A stretch of 64,000 bases of DNA from Candidatus Woesearchaeota archaeon (GCA_965205335.1 OZ242164.1:992001-1056000), one strand, 5' to 3'. Counted from the first letter of the stretch, positions 20,097-30,490 are shown. The notes: generated by a model from the sequence alone, not told the origin. Made by a program: numbers and translations.

Positions 20097-20804
20097 ATGG
20101 AAAGAAATATAATGGAAGGGGATACGCCAAGAAAAATAATGGAGACTTATGATAAGGACAAAATAGTCCCAGTCTCTTATGAAAATTATCTTAAAATCAT
20201 GAATTGTCTTGATCCCGAAAAGAACTATTTAATAGTTCCTGAAGGATTAGTAGGTAGTGATGTTTTTCGTAGTACGGACTGGTCAAATTTTGGTAAATAT
20301 GTAAAAGATCAAAGAAAAGGAATAGAATTTTTAGAGAATCGTAATTTGTGGAAAAGAGCAAATTTTTTCAATTTTGACATAGGCCAGATATCAGGAGCGA
20401 TGATTGGTTCTCTTTACGATTGTAAAATAGGGAAATTAGAGGGCGACTCAGTTATTAATTTAGTGCTTGGTAATACTCAGATTGATTATATGTGTAATAC
20501 AAGTATAATTGAACGTCTGATTGATGAAAGTAGGGTTCATTGTATGGGTGGTAAAAGTAGGGTTCGTTGTATGGGTGGTAAAAGTAGAGTTCATCATATG
20601 GATGGTGAAAGTATAATTGAGGAGATGAGATGGAGAAGTAAGGTTTTTCTCATGAGAAATGAAAGTAGTGTTTTGAAAATGTTTGGGCTAAGCAATGTTG
20701 TGTGTATGGAAGGTGAAAGTAGAGTTCTTTGTAGGTATGGTAGAAGTAGCATTGGAAGTTGGTGGGGTAAGGAAATTTATCGTTTCTTTTCTTTAGCAGT
20801 TTAA
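20097..20804 (+). CDS. Hypothetical protein with 9-aa solenoid repeats
   Basis: C-terminal half is xSxVxxMxG repeated. Confidence 0.7.
   Translation: MERNIMEGDTPRKIMETYDKDKIVPVSYENYLKIMNCLDPEKNYLIVPEGLVGSDVFRSTDWSNFGKYVKDQRKGIEFLENRNLWKRANFFNFDIGQISGAMIGSLYDCKIGKLEGDSVINLVLGNTQIDYMCNTSIIERLIDESRVHCMGGKSRVRCMGGKSRVHHMDGESIIEEMRWRSKVFLMRNESSVLKMFGLSNVVCMEGESRVLCRYGRSSIGSWWGKEIYRFFSLAV
20527..20769 (+). repeat. Nine degenerate 27-bp coding tandem repeats
   Basis: Unit aaagtagggttcattgtatgggtggta; the first two units differ at one base, later units diverge. Confidence 0.85.
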
Positions 20805-20844
20805 ATAGAAATAGTTTTTTAAATTGTTAGTTTGTATGTATTGT

Positions 20845-21594
20845 ATGGATGTTAGATACGATCAGCATTTTTTGATTGATGAGAATGTTCTGAACTTAAT
20901 TATTGAATGTTCCGATATAAAAAGTGATGATGTTGTATTTGAGATAGGTTGCGGGAACGGAGTATTGAGTAGAGAAATTCTTTCTAAGAAACCTAAGAAA
21001 CTTATTTGTGTTGAGTGTGATAGGAATCTTAATCCTAATATTAATGATGATAATTTTGAACTTATTTATGGAGATGGCTTAGATGAGATTGATAAACATG
21101 ATTTTAATAAACTCGTTGCAAATATCCCATATTCAATTACAGAACCTTTGTATAGGAAAATTCTGGATACGAAAATTGCTTTTGTTGTTATGCTGTGTGG
21201 TTTTGATTTCTATAAGAATTTAAGTTCTCGAAATACTAAATGGAAATATTTTGTGAATGCTTTTTATGATGTTAAATTAGTAACAGAGGTTTTGGGGGAT
21301 AAGTTCAGTCCTCCAACTAAGGTTAAGTCTGCTGTTGTTAAATTAGAACTAAAAGAGGATGTAAGTAAAGAGGAATATTTTTTTCAAAAACTCTGGGAGA
21401 GAAGAGATAGGAATACATACAACGCTGTAGTTTTTGCTCTTGTTGATTTGTTTAATATGTCTAAATCTGATGCAAAGGAATTAGTTAATAAGTTTAATCT
21501 AAGTGATGAAGTGTCAAAGAAGATTTTAGATAGTTTGTCAAATGAAGAGTTTACTCAATTAGTTAAATGTGTCTTTAAGTTTGTGAGATTTTAG
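20845..21594 (+). CDS. rsmA: 16S rRNA adenine dimethyltransferase KsgA/Dim1
   Basis: DQHFL, EIGCGNG, ANIPYSIT, FSPPTKVKS. Confidence 0.92.
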   Translation: MDVRYDQHFLIDENVLNLIIECSDIKSDDVVFEIGCGNGVLSREILSKKPKKLICVECDRNLNPNINDDNFELIYGDGLDEIDKHDFNKLVANIPYSITEPLYRKILDTKIAFVVMLCGFDFYKNLSSRNTKWKYFVNAFYDVKLVTEVLGDKFSPPTKVKSAVVKLELKEDVSKEEYFFQKLWERRDRNTYNAVVFALVDLFNMSKSDAKELVNKFNLSDEVSKKILDSLSNEEFTQLVKCVFKFVRF

Positions 21595-21647
21595 TATTCA
21601 ATCAGATAAATAATAAATATAATTTAGAATAAAATGTGAGAAGAGAT

Positions 21648-22001
21648 TTACAAGTCTCTTGCTCCAATTGTTTTTCTTCCATTTGCTTTTGCTCTCTCAC
21701 ATGCCTGCATAATATTCCAGTGTAGAACATCGTTTAAAGCATCAGCAAAATCTCCTGCTACATTGTGTTTTACAACATCTTTAACTTTGGATTTAACAAC
21801 AAGCATTGTTTTAGCCGTTGAATCACCAATGTAAAGATCCTTTCCTTGAACTGTTTTTCTCCCATTAGCATCTGCTCTTTTTACAGATGCTTTAACTAAA
21901 CTAACTGCAAGTTTATTTAAAGCATCAGCAAAATCTCCTGCTACATTGCAGTCTCCCGAAACCTCTTTAATCTTAGATTTAACAACAATCATTTCTGCCA
22001 T
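21648..22001 (-). CDS. Tandem histone-fold doublet (DUF1931/face-to-face-like histone)
   Basis: Two repeats of (I/L)VVKSK(I/V)K...NVAGDFADALN...RAxANGRKT(V/I)xxxDL. Confidence 0.85.
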   Translation of the reverse strand: MAEMIVVKSKIKEVSGDCNVAGDFADALNKLAVSLVKASVKRADANGRKTVQGKDLYIGDSTAKTMLVVKSKVKDVVKHNVAGDFADALNDVLHWNIMQACERAKANGRKTIGARDL

Positions 22002-22314
22002 TTTTTAATAGTATAAAGGCTTAATCAACCTTTGTAAGTAAGTTAGAAAAAAGATACTTTATAAACATTTCGCCAAAAAACTCTTAAAATCAACTTTATA
22101 ACCCCATATTTTGATACTACATTGTAGTATGAACAAATAAATCATAATAATACAGAGTCTGTTAGATATTAGAAAATTCTTCTTGAAGCAAAAGTCTTGT
22201 AGTAAATAAAAATCAAATGGTAAAATTTACAGAGATTTACCGTTATTGATAATAAGATTTCTACAAAGTTTAAAAAGTAAAGAAATGTTTAACATAAATA
22301 AATTATTTTAAAAG

Positions 22315-24867
22315 TCAAGTAATACTGCTTATGTGATTTATTTTCTCTATGCGTAAAATCTTATCAGAAATTGATTCTATTTTTTCATCGTGAGACACTA
22401 AGATAATTTGCTTTATATTTGATTGTTTTAATATGCTACCTAATCTATCAACCTGTTCGTTTGAAAATCCGTCCGTTGGTTCATCAAGTATTAATATATT
22501 TAATTTCTGTGTATTTTCTAAATTATTTTCAACGATTTTTTTAAGAGATAATCTATATGCAACTGCAAGTGATGATTTTTCCCCACCAGATAAATTCTTT
22601 ATATCTATATCGTATCCATTTTGTTCAACTATAACCTCAAAGAATTCATTGAGTCTGATATCTATTTCGTTATCCTCAATTAATTCTTTAAACAGATATT
22701 CAAATTCTTCATTAAATTCAGAATAATATTTTGTAAAAACTGCTCTCTCAATTAAATTTATAATTTTCATTACTTTTTCTGAAAGGAATTTTTCAATGCT
22801 AATGATTTGTTTTAATTTATTTTCTAATTTTTCATGCTCTAATGCTTTTTTCTTTGCTTCTTTCAAATTCTTTTCTTTTGATGAAATTTCTGCTTCGTAT
22901 AATGATTTCTTTGATATAATTGATTTCTCTTTATCGAGTAATTCTTCTAAGTGATTTGTAAATTTTAATTTGCTATTTTTTGCTTGTAATTCTCTTGAAG
23001 AGATTTTATTTTTTACTTCTGATAATCTCTTCTGAGAACTTAATTTTTCCTTGTAGTTTTTTATGTTTGCTTCAAGTTCTTTTATATGCTCTTTAAGTTT
23101 TTTAATTTCTTTCTCTTGATTATTTAAATTCTCTGATTTTAGTTTAATATCTGATAGTTCTTTTCTTAATTTTCTATCTTTCTCATTTAGTTTTTCAAAT
23201 TTTAATTCATCATCTTTTATATTTTTGATGTTGGTTTCTACTTCTTTTAATTTTTTATCTATGTTTAACTTCTCAAATTCTTCAATTTGATTTCTTAGTT
23301 GTCTTAATTCATCATATTTATGTCTTTCTTTTTTTTCTAATTGTGTTAAATGTTTGTATTTTTCTTCTTCTTTAATTAAATCATCTTCTAATTTGTCTAA
23401 TTCATTTAATTTATTTGAATTTTCTTTCAAATCTTTGCTTGTTTTCTCTAAGGTCTCTTTTAATTTTTTAATTTTAATTTCTATATTCAAAATCTCTTCT
23501 TCAAATTCCTCCCCAATATTTCTCTTATGTTCTTTGCAAATTTTCTGAATACATACTGGGCATATTTCAAGTTTTGAAATTTGTTTTATTTTATCTCTTT
23601 TATCTTTTAACTGGTTTTGCATATTTTCTATTTCAAGTTGTAGTTTTAATTTTTCATTTTTATTGTTCTCAACTTTATCTTTAATTCCAATTAGATTTTT
23701 TAATTTTTTTAATAATTTCCCTATTAAGACTTTGCTATCATTTAGTTTACATTTTGTTAGCATATAATCAAATGATTTGGATTCATTTTTTAGAGATTCT
23801 TTTTTATAGTTTAAATCTATTAATTTTCTCTCTAATTCATTTTTTTCACAAATGAACTTTTCGTTCTCGGTTTTATTTTTTTGTAATAGTTCTAATGACT
23901 TTGATATGTCTTTTAATTCCCTTTCTATTTCTAATTCTCTTTTTTTTAATTTAGTTTTTGTCTTCTCTATTTCTTTTTGAGAGTAGGAATCAATTTCTTT
24001 TTTAATTTTGTCTGATTTTTTAATATCATTTTCCATTTGATTTTTAGTCTCATTTAATTGGGATAATTTTTTTTCTACTATAATTTTTTTTGCATTTAAT
24101 TTTTCTAAAAATTCGTCTCTTTTAGAGATTGCTTTCTGGCATTTTGAGATTTTCTCTTTTAATATTTTTTCGTTAGATTTTATGTGTTCTAATTTCTGTG
24201 ATAATTCTTTTATTTCTTTGCTATTATCTTTTATCTCATTTTTAATTTGATTTTTATCTTCAAGTTTTGATTCAATTATCTTTTTATGTGTTCTTGACTC
24301 AGATACATAAATTTGTATTGCATCATTTAGATTTTTATATTTGTCAATTCCAAAGATCTTTCTTATTACTTCTAATTTTTTTTCTCCTAAAGAAAACAGG
24401 ATTTCTTTTAATTGTTCCTGAGGAGCATATGTTGTAAATCTATATATCAGATTTTTATCTTTTGTTATGAATTCTTTTGGAAAATTCAATATCTCAAATA
24501 TCCTAGAATTTAATTCCTGAGGAGATAATTCTAATAGGTTATTCTTCGTTTTTATGTACCCATTTTCCTGAGTTATAGAACCTGATGTTTTTGATTTTTT
24601 TAGTCCTCTGTATATTTCGACAGTATTATTTGTTTTATTATCAATTAGAGTTAATTTGACAGATGCTCTTTTTTCTCCCTTTCTTAAAATATGATAGCCT
24701 TCTAAGTCCCCTCTTTTAAATCCAAAAAGTGCAAATTCTATTCCAAGAAGTATTGTTGATTTTCCAGAACCAACGTCCCCAAATAAAGAATTTATGGAAT
24801 CGTTAAACTCAATTAATTCTTTTTTATAACTTCTGATGTTTTCAAGTTCAAGCGATTTAATTATCAT
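22315..24867 (-). CDS. rad50: Rad50/SbcC SMC-family ATPase
   Basis: Walker A GDVGSGKS, coiled coils, CPVC zinc hook, LSGGE, ILDEPT, VSHD. Confidence 0.9.
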   Translation of the reverse strand: MIIKSLELENIRSYKKELIEFNDSINSLFGDVGSGKSTILLGIEFALFGFKRGDLEGYHILRKGEKRASVKLTLIDNKTNNTVEIYRGLKKSKTSGSITQENGYIKTKNNLLELSPQELNSRIFEILNFPKEFITKDKNLIYRFTTYAPQEQLKEILFSLGEKKLEVIRKIFGIDKYKNLNDAIQIYVSESRTHKKIIESKLEDKNQIKNEIKDNSKEIKELSQKLEHIKSNEKILKEKISKCQKAISKRDEFLEKLNAKKIIVEKKLSQLNETKNQMENDIKKSDKIKKEIDSYSQKEIEKTKTKLKKRELEIERELKDISKSLELLQKNKTENEKFICEKNELERKLIDLNYKKESLKNESKSFDYMLTKCKLNDSKVLIGKLLKKLKNLIGIKDKVENNKNEKLKLQLEIENMQNQLKDKRDKIKQISKLEICPVCIQKICKEHKRNIGEEFEEEILNIEIKIKKLKETLEKTSKDLKENSNKLNELDKLEDDLIKEEEKYKHLTQLEKKERHKYDELRQLRNQIEEFEKLNIDKKLKEVETNIKNIKDDELKFEKLNEKDRKLRKELSDIKLKSENLNNQEKEIKKLKEHIKELEANIKNYKEKLSSQKRLSEVKNKISSRELQAKNSKLKFTNHLEELLDKEKSIISKKSLYEAEISSKEKNLKEAKKKALEHEKLENKLKQIISIEKFLSEKVMKIINLIERAVFTKYYSEFNEEFEYLFKELIEDNEIDIRLNEFFEVIVEQNGYDIDIKNLSGGEKSSLAVAYRLSLKKIVENNLENTQKLNILILDEPTDGFSNEQVDRLGSILKQSNIKQIILVSHDEKIESISDKILRIEKINHISSIT

Positions 24868-24909
24868 ATATTATATATGAAAAAGTGAGTGTTTAATAAA
24901 TGTTTTGTA

Positions 24910-26238
24910 TTATAAACATAATCCTATCTGTTCTGGCCTAATATCATATAATGCAAAAAGTCTTTCAGACATCTGCATTAAAGTTTCAAATCCTCTAACA
25001 TTACTCTCATTATTGTTTTTTCTCAAAATATCTTCAATGTTCTTCCTTGAGTCAAGTTTATATTTATCATGTGCTGTTAATTTACATGAACCTAACTGAG
25101 ATTCCAATAATTTTCTAAGAGTCTTTATTCTAATTTCTACAGCATTTTAAGGATTTCCTTCCCTCAATACTGCTCTAATTGTAGCATTATCTTTTTTACC
25201 ATAAGAACCCTGACTTTTATAGGGAATAATCAGATTGGGAGGAAACCTTTCTTCATCATAAAATCAATCTTTAATTTCTTTAAGATCTTTTTGTATGTGT
25301 GTTACAATTGCAACTCCTGAATTATCAAGAAGAAGTGTGCCCAGAAATAACTTATCTAATAAAACTCCATTAAATCTGTTCTTATCTCTGAATTTATCAT
25401 TGGCAAATACACTCGGCTTATATTTTCTTTTATTTTTTCTATCTGGACATATAGTTTCGAAAATATCTTTTCCTTCTTCCAAAACTTTGCTAAACCACTC
25501 TTCATAAAGTCCATAGACCTCCTCTGCCTTTACTCTTTTTTCTCCTTTTATAGTAAGTTTATCCAAATCCTCCTGCGTTGGATTATATATTATACCAAAA
25601 TTTCCCAAAACTTTCATAGCAATACTTAGTGAGTACTTTACTCTAAAAAAAATTGAATGAATTCCATAATCTTTCAGAAAATCACCTAATAAGTGTGCAA
25701 CTCTAACTTTATTAGGACCATATCCATTAAGATCTAAATAACCTGAACTTATGGCCTCATATTTCTTTCGTGTGAGATCACATAAACTTAATTTTTCTTC
25801 AATATCAGGTGTTACAGAATCCACCATACCACTCACAACTTGCGCATCATCTCTCATGAAATTCATCCTCCACATTCCTTCTTGCCTCTCTTGTGTATAT
25901 TCTTCTTCATCGAAGAACCTAGGACTTGTTAAGTAACGTAAAGCTTGAGCATCTCTCATTGAAATACTTAAACACTTCTATCTGAAAATAGTCTGGAATG
26001 TGTCTCTATGGCACATTCCAAATCTCCTTTTCTTAAATCACTTAAAATATACTGAATAAATTCAAGAGGTTTACCAGATAACGGAACTCCGAATACAGGA
26101 TTTACTGAAAGTGAAAGAAGACGAGAGTTTCCCATCTTACTAAAAGAATATCCTCCTGACATTTCCTCAATTCTTCTAATTGTTCCTTCAACTTCTGGGT
26201 TCTCTCTTAACTCTAAATAGTGCGAATTCTCCTTCCAT
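24910..26238 (-). pseudogene. Divergent RelA/SpoT-type synthetase domain gene, disrupted
   Basis: 25959-24910 is one frame with internal TGA (25264) and TAA (25147); RVKYSLSIAMK, DNSGV, VEIRIKT, AHDKYK occur in RSH motif order; two upstream frameshifts. Confidence 0.6.
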
Positions 26239-26304
26239 TAATAATTAATCTTCTAACTTTTATAAACTTTCTCAATTGGTTATTACTTATTAGTAATAAT
26301 TAAA

Positions 26305-26769
26305 TTATGATTCATTATGTATATGTACTTTATTTTTTTTGTTTTCAAGCACTAAGGAAAATCTTCTATTATTTGGCTTAGCACAAAAACACCCTTCAAA
26401 CTTCCCAATTTTACCTGAACTTAAAATCCCTTTTTCATCTAATACTGCAATATTATCACCACTATCATATATTCCTTCTAAGTCACTAGAGACAGGAAGA
26501 GAATTTGTGCATGTACTATTTCCTATGAAACAAATATTACTTACCTGATTTGAGACTTTGTAATCAAGAACTTTCTGAGAACCATATGTTCTATAAACCG
26601 ATTCATAATCATCCTCTATTGTATCATAGAATTTTTGTTCTGCAATTGTCTCTGCATCACCTGTAAATGATACAACAAATTTAACAACTACAAATCCAAT
26701 AAATGCTATTACGAAAGCTGATAATATATACACAAATACCTGATTTATCTGTCCCTTTTTGCTATGCAT
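26305..26769 (-). CDS. Pilin-like protein with class III signal peptide
   Basis: MHSKKGQ followed by a hydrophobic helix. Confidence 0.7.
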   Translation of the reverse strand: MHSKKGQINQVFVYILSAFVIAFIGFVVVKFVVSFTGDAETIAEQKFYDTIEDDYESVYRTYGSQKVLDYKVSNQVSNICFIGNSTCTNSLPVSSDLEGIYDSGDNIAVLDEKGILSSGKIGKFEGCFCAKPNNRRFSLVLENKKNKVHIHNES

Positions 26770-26800
26770 ATTTTAGTTTTAAATTATTAGTATATAAAAT

Positions 26801-27823
26801 TTACTTGTTATTTTTCAGAATTAATATATGGCGTGTCATACTTTTATTGATATATTGATTTATTTCTTTAATTTCATCAAAGTATTTTAATGCCAGATTT
26901 TTAAATTCAACAAAATCTGCATATATTATCACTAATCTTTTGTTAGGTTTTAAGTATTGTTTTGCTGATTTTAAGAATTCTTCGTATAAATTTTCACCAA
27001 TTTTTCTGCATGATCTTCCGTAAGGTATATCACATACTATTCCATCAACAGAGTTTGTTTTTAGAAATTGAGTTTTTGAGTTTGCAAGAATTCTTGTGTA
27101 TTTTGCATCAGGATAAAAATAATCAAAATTTTGTTTGAAATATTTTAAATTATTCCATGATATATCATTTCCGATTATTTCAAAACCCATTTCATACGCT
27201 TCAAGAAGTATTCCACCAAGTCCGCAAAAGGGATCTAAAATTTTTCCGTCTTTTATCCCAAGCAGATTAACTGATGCTCTTGCTATATCTGATTTTAAAG
27301 TGTATGGCATTACCACTGGTCTTAGTTTTGGCATTCTTCTAAGGTAATTTTTATCATTTTCATATATTTTCTTGGTTAGTATGAAATCATTCTCATTTTT
27401 AAAGAAAAAGTTATATTCATAATCTGGGTGATGTATTTTAACTTTGGGGTTTTTTATACTATCAAAAATTGGTTTTGCAAGTTCTTTATCGGGAAGTTTT
27501 ATATTGAAATCTTTTTTTAATCTTTGAGTTTTAATTGCAAATGTTTTGTTGTCTGCTTCGCTGAAATCCATGTTTTCAATTTCATTGTTTAATTTTTTGA
27601 AATTTCCTGTAAATAATTTTATGCATATTTTGTTTGTAAGAGTTAGTCTTGATGTAAGTTTGTGATTTGACTCTATCTGGTTTTTAGATTCAAAAGTATG
27701 AAATGTGTTGTGGATTTGGGTTAATTTTATTTCTTCTTTAAAATATGTCACCCAAAGTGTTTCAAATTCATATTTTGCAAGTTCTTTGTTTGTTCCTTTT
27801 AGAACAAGAATATATTCATACAT
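26801..27823 (-). CDS. THUMP-domain tRNA methyltransferase (Trm11/Trm-G10-like)
   Basis: THUMP-like N-half, LDPFCGLGG, DIPYG. Confidence 0.82.
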   Translation of the reverse strand: MYEYILVLKGTNKELAKYEFETLWVTYFKEEIKLTQIHNTFHTFESKNQIESNHKLTSRLTLTNKICIKLFTGNFKKLNNEIENMDFSEADNKTFAIKTQRLKKDFNIKLPDKELAKPIFDSIKNPKVKIHHPDYEYNFFFKNENDFILTKKIYENDKNYLRRMPKLRPVVMPYTLKSDIARASVNLLGIKDGKILDPFCGLGGILLEAYEMGFEIIGNDISWNNLKYFKQNFDYFYPDAKYTRILANSKTQFLKTNSVDGIVCDIPYGRSCRKIGENLYEEFLKSAKQYLKPNKRLVIIYADFVEFKNLALKYFDEIKEINQYINKSMTRHILILKNNK

Positions 27824-27998
27824 AATTATAGAAGTTAAATTTTGTTTATAAAAATTGTTGAAATTCTATTACGGTGTATAACTCCATAAGTCTCCAATCT
27901 TTCGGAGATGTCACCCTCTTTTAAGGGAGTGGGTCTAAGAGTTGGGGTTAATATGTAGTAATACGAAGTTTTACATACTACAATATATTATTAATATT

Positions 27999-28427
27999 AT
28001 GACAAAACAAAAGAACTATGATTTTGATAAAAATCAACATGCTGTTTATTCTCTCTCTTATCACTTAGTGGTTTGTGTGAAATATCGTAAAAAGGTTCTT
28101 ATTGACAAATTAATTATTAATGATTTGAAAGAACAAATTTACAAAATAAGCGAGTTGTATGATGTAAGAATTAATGAGATGGAAACAGATGAAGACCACA
28201 TCCATATTTTATTTAGTGCTAAACCTCAAACTGATTTGATTAAATACATTCAATATATTAAAGGCTCAACTTCAAGAAAATTAAGAGAACTCCACAAAGA
28301 AAAATTACATAAAGATTTATGGGGTGACAATTTCTGGAGCAGGTCTTATTGTTTGATTACAACTGGACAAGTTACATTAGAAGCAGTAAAAAAATATATT
28401 CAAAATCAGGGGTTTAGTAAGAAATGA
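27999..28427 (+). CDS. tnpA: IS200-type Y1 HUH transposase
   Basis: YHLVVCVKYR, DHIH (HUH), KGSTSR, KYIQNQ catalytic Tyr. Confidence 0.95.
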   Translation: MTKQKNYDFDKNQHAVYSLSYHLVVCVKYRKKVLIDKLIINDLKEQIYKISELYDVRINEMETDEDHIHILFSAKPQTDLIKYIQYIKGSTSRKLRELHKEKLHKDLWGDNFWSRSYCLITTGQVTLEAVKKYIQNQGFSKK

Positions 28428-29605
28428 CAACAACATACAAAGTAAGGTGCTTTCCTTCAAATGAGATAGTACAAACAATATTTGAAAACTTTGAAGTATT
28501 AAGGAATTTTCATAATTGGAATGTATCAACCATTCTTACTGCAAGAAAGAATAATCAGTTTTTATCTTGGTTAGATACACAAGCAATGCTCCCTAAACTC
28601 AAAGAACAAGACCCCGCATACAAGAAAGTTTATGCAAAAGTTTTACAATTACAAAACAGAGAACTTCACGCAAACATTAAAGCAAGAGATGTTAAACGTA
28701 AGCGTGGGGATAAAAAAGTTAAAATGCCACGTTTCAAGAATGAGGAGGGAAGTTTTAAGAGGATAGGTTACAATCAATTTGGGTATAGTGTAGATAACAA
28801 TATTTGTAAATTATCTAAAATTGGAGAGATACCATTTAAGAAGTCAAGAGACATCAAAGGAAATATTAGACAAATCATACTTAAAAAAAAGAGAACTAAA
28901 TATTATTTGTATTTTGTAACTGATTATGTAAGAACTTGGAAAACAACTGGGAAAAGTGTTGGTATAGATTGGGGAGTTACAAAATTTCTCACGTTATCTA
29001 ATGATATTGCTTTTGCTTCTTATTATCCTCAATTAATGTATGACAATCTCAAAAAGAAAATATACAAAGCAATTAGCAGAACACAGAAAAATAGCAACAA
29101 CAGAAACAAACTTAAATTAAGACTTTCTAAAATCAATGAAACAATACACAATAAGAGAATGGATTGGACATACAAAATAAAATTATATCTGTTAGATACA
29201 TTTGATAATATATCTTTTGAAGATGTCAGAATACAAGATTTATGTAAAATCAAATCTTGGAAAATATCAAAAGAAAAAATGATGTTAAGTTGTTTAGGTA
29301 TGCTTCGTAGCATGCTGTCTTGTGAGGTTGAAAGCACTAACAAGATAGCAAAAGAAGTAAGTAAAACAAATACAAGTCAGGAATGTTCTAAATGCGGACA
29401 TATTCCTAAAACTAAAAAAACATTAGCAGACAGAGAACACAACTGTATCAAGTGCGGTCTTGTATGTGACAGAGACCAAAACTCTTCACGTGTTGTTCTG
29501 TCTCGGGGTATGGGACAATCCTCATCATTTGCAGAGATAGAACCTCTACACGTTATTAGTCCATTGGATGTAATATCGGGCAAGTTTTATTGTAGAAGCA
29601 ATTAA
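28424..29605 (+). CDS. tnpB: RNA-guided endonuclease TnpB
   Basis: RuvC-I GIDWG, RuvC-II FEDV, TSQECSKCG...CIKCG zinc finger, RuvC-III DRDQNS. Confidence 0.93.
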   Translation: MTTTYKVRCFPSNEIVQTIFENFEVLRNFHNWNVSTILTARKNNQFLSWLDTQAMLPKLKEQDPAYKKVYAKVLQLQNRELHANIKARDVKRKRGDKKVKMPRFKNEEGSFKRIGYNQFGYSVDNNICKLSKIGEIPFKKSRDIKGNIRQIILKKKRTKYYLYFVTDYVRTWKTTGKSVGIDWGVTKFLTLSNDIAFASYYPQLMYDNLKKKIYKAISRTQKNSNNRNKLKLRLSKINETIHNKRMDWTYKIKLYLLDTFDNISFEDVRIQDLCKIKSWKISKEKMMLSCLGMLRSMLSCEVESTNKIAKEVSKTNTSQECSKCGHIPKTKKTLADREHNCIKCGLVCDRDQNSSRVVLSRGMGQSSSFAEIEPLHVISPLDVISGKFYCRSN

Positions 29606-29635
29606 ATAAATCTCCCTCATTTATGGGGGTGTGGT

Positions 29636-30490
29636 TCAAATACTATTAAGGATTATCTTAATAATTGCCTTTTGAATGAAAATTGTAATAATTGCAGAGG
29701 AGAATAAATATAATGTGAAAGGACTGTTATAGTTTCCTTTTATTTTTGATTTGATTTTAGGGGCTAAATCTGAAACTAAGTCAATAATGAATTTAATAAT
29801 GAAAACTGCTATAAATAAGATGACAAAATTAAAATATCCTCCAAGTAAAAAGAGAAGTATAAAGATTGAAATGTTTAATGTTAGTTTTACTTTGTTTGTT
29901 ATCTTCTCTAAGAGTTTGTTTATCACATTGCTTAAACTGATTATAAGGGCTAATACAGAAATGAATAACAGGAGATTAATATATGTATTAATATTTTCCT
30001 CAGAGATAAAGAATAGAGTGAGGAAAAATACTGCCTTGAAGATTAGAATAATGAGCAAAGTCATAAATATGAGTTTGTTGTAATTAATTGATTTGATTTT
30101 TTTCATTTTATCTTTTTTTGATGTATGAATTAATATTAGAATTAGTATCGAAATAAGATATATTATAAATAGGTTCAAGATAAATTCTAGAAATAAAGTT
30201 GAATCCTTAAAAGCAGTTAGAAGTAGAAATATACCAATAAGAATTTTTCCATCTGCTGCTCCCCAGATTTCTTTTTTGTATATGTAATATGATACTAATA
30301 GGGTTGCAAGTAATATTATTAAATCAATATAGGATAAATAGTTTATTCTTAGTGTAAATAGAATAAATGAAATTAGAATGAATGAGAAAGTTATTATGTT
30401 TGGTACTTTTCTTGTTTTAATGTCTGCTTTTATTGAGATAACTGCAAAGATTAATAGAATGAAGAGTATAAGAAAAAAGTTATATTCCAT
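29636..30490 (-). CDS. Prepilin/prearchaellin peptidase (A24 family)
   Basis: DIKTRKVPN and WGAADGK aspartate motifs, many TM helices. Confidence 0.85.
   Translation of the reverse strand: MEYNFFLILFILLIFAVISIKADIKTRKVPNIITFSFILISFILFTLRINYLSYIDLIILLATLLVSYYIYKKEIWGAADGKILIGIFLLLTAFKDSTLFLEFILNLFIIYLISILILILIHTSKKDKMKKIKSINYNKLIFMTLLIILIFKAVFFLTLFFISEENINTYINLLLFISVLALIISLSNVINKLLEKITNKVKLTLNISIFILLFLLGGYFNFVILFIAVFIIKFIIDLVSDLAPKIKSKIKGNYNSPFTLYLFSSAIITIFIQKAIIKIILNSI

Larger units (their letters stand above)
27873..29639 (+). mobile_element. IS200/IS605-family element (tnpA + tnpB)
   Basis: Preceded by TTAC, ends in TCAA, subterminal hairpins (tctcc/ggaga and caccctc/gggagtg left; ccctcat/atggggg right), no target duplication. 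Confidence 0.85.

Noticed and set aside
20527-20769. Diversity-generating retroelement target
   Set aside because: No reverse transcriptase or template repeat in the window, and variation is not confined to adenines
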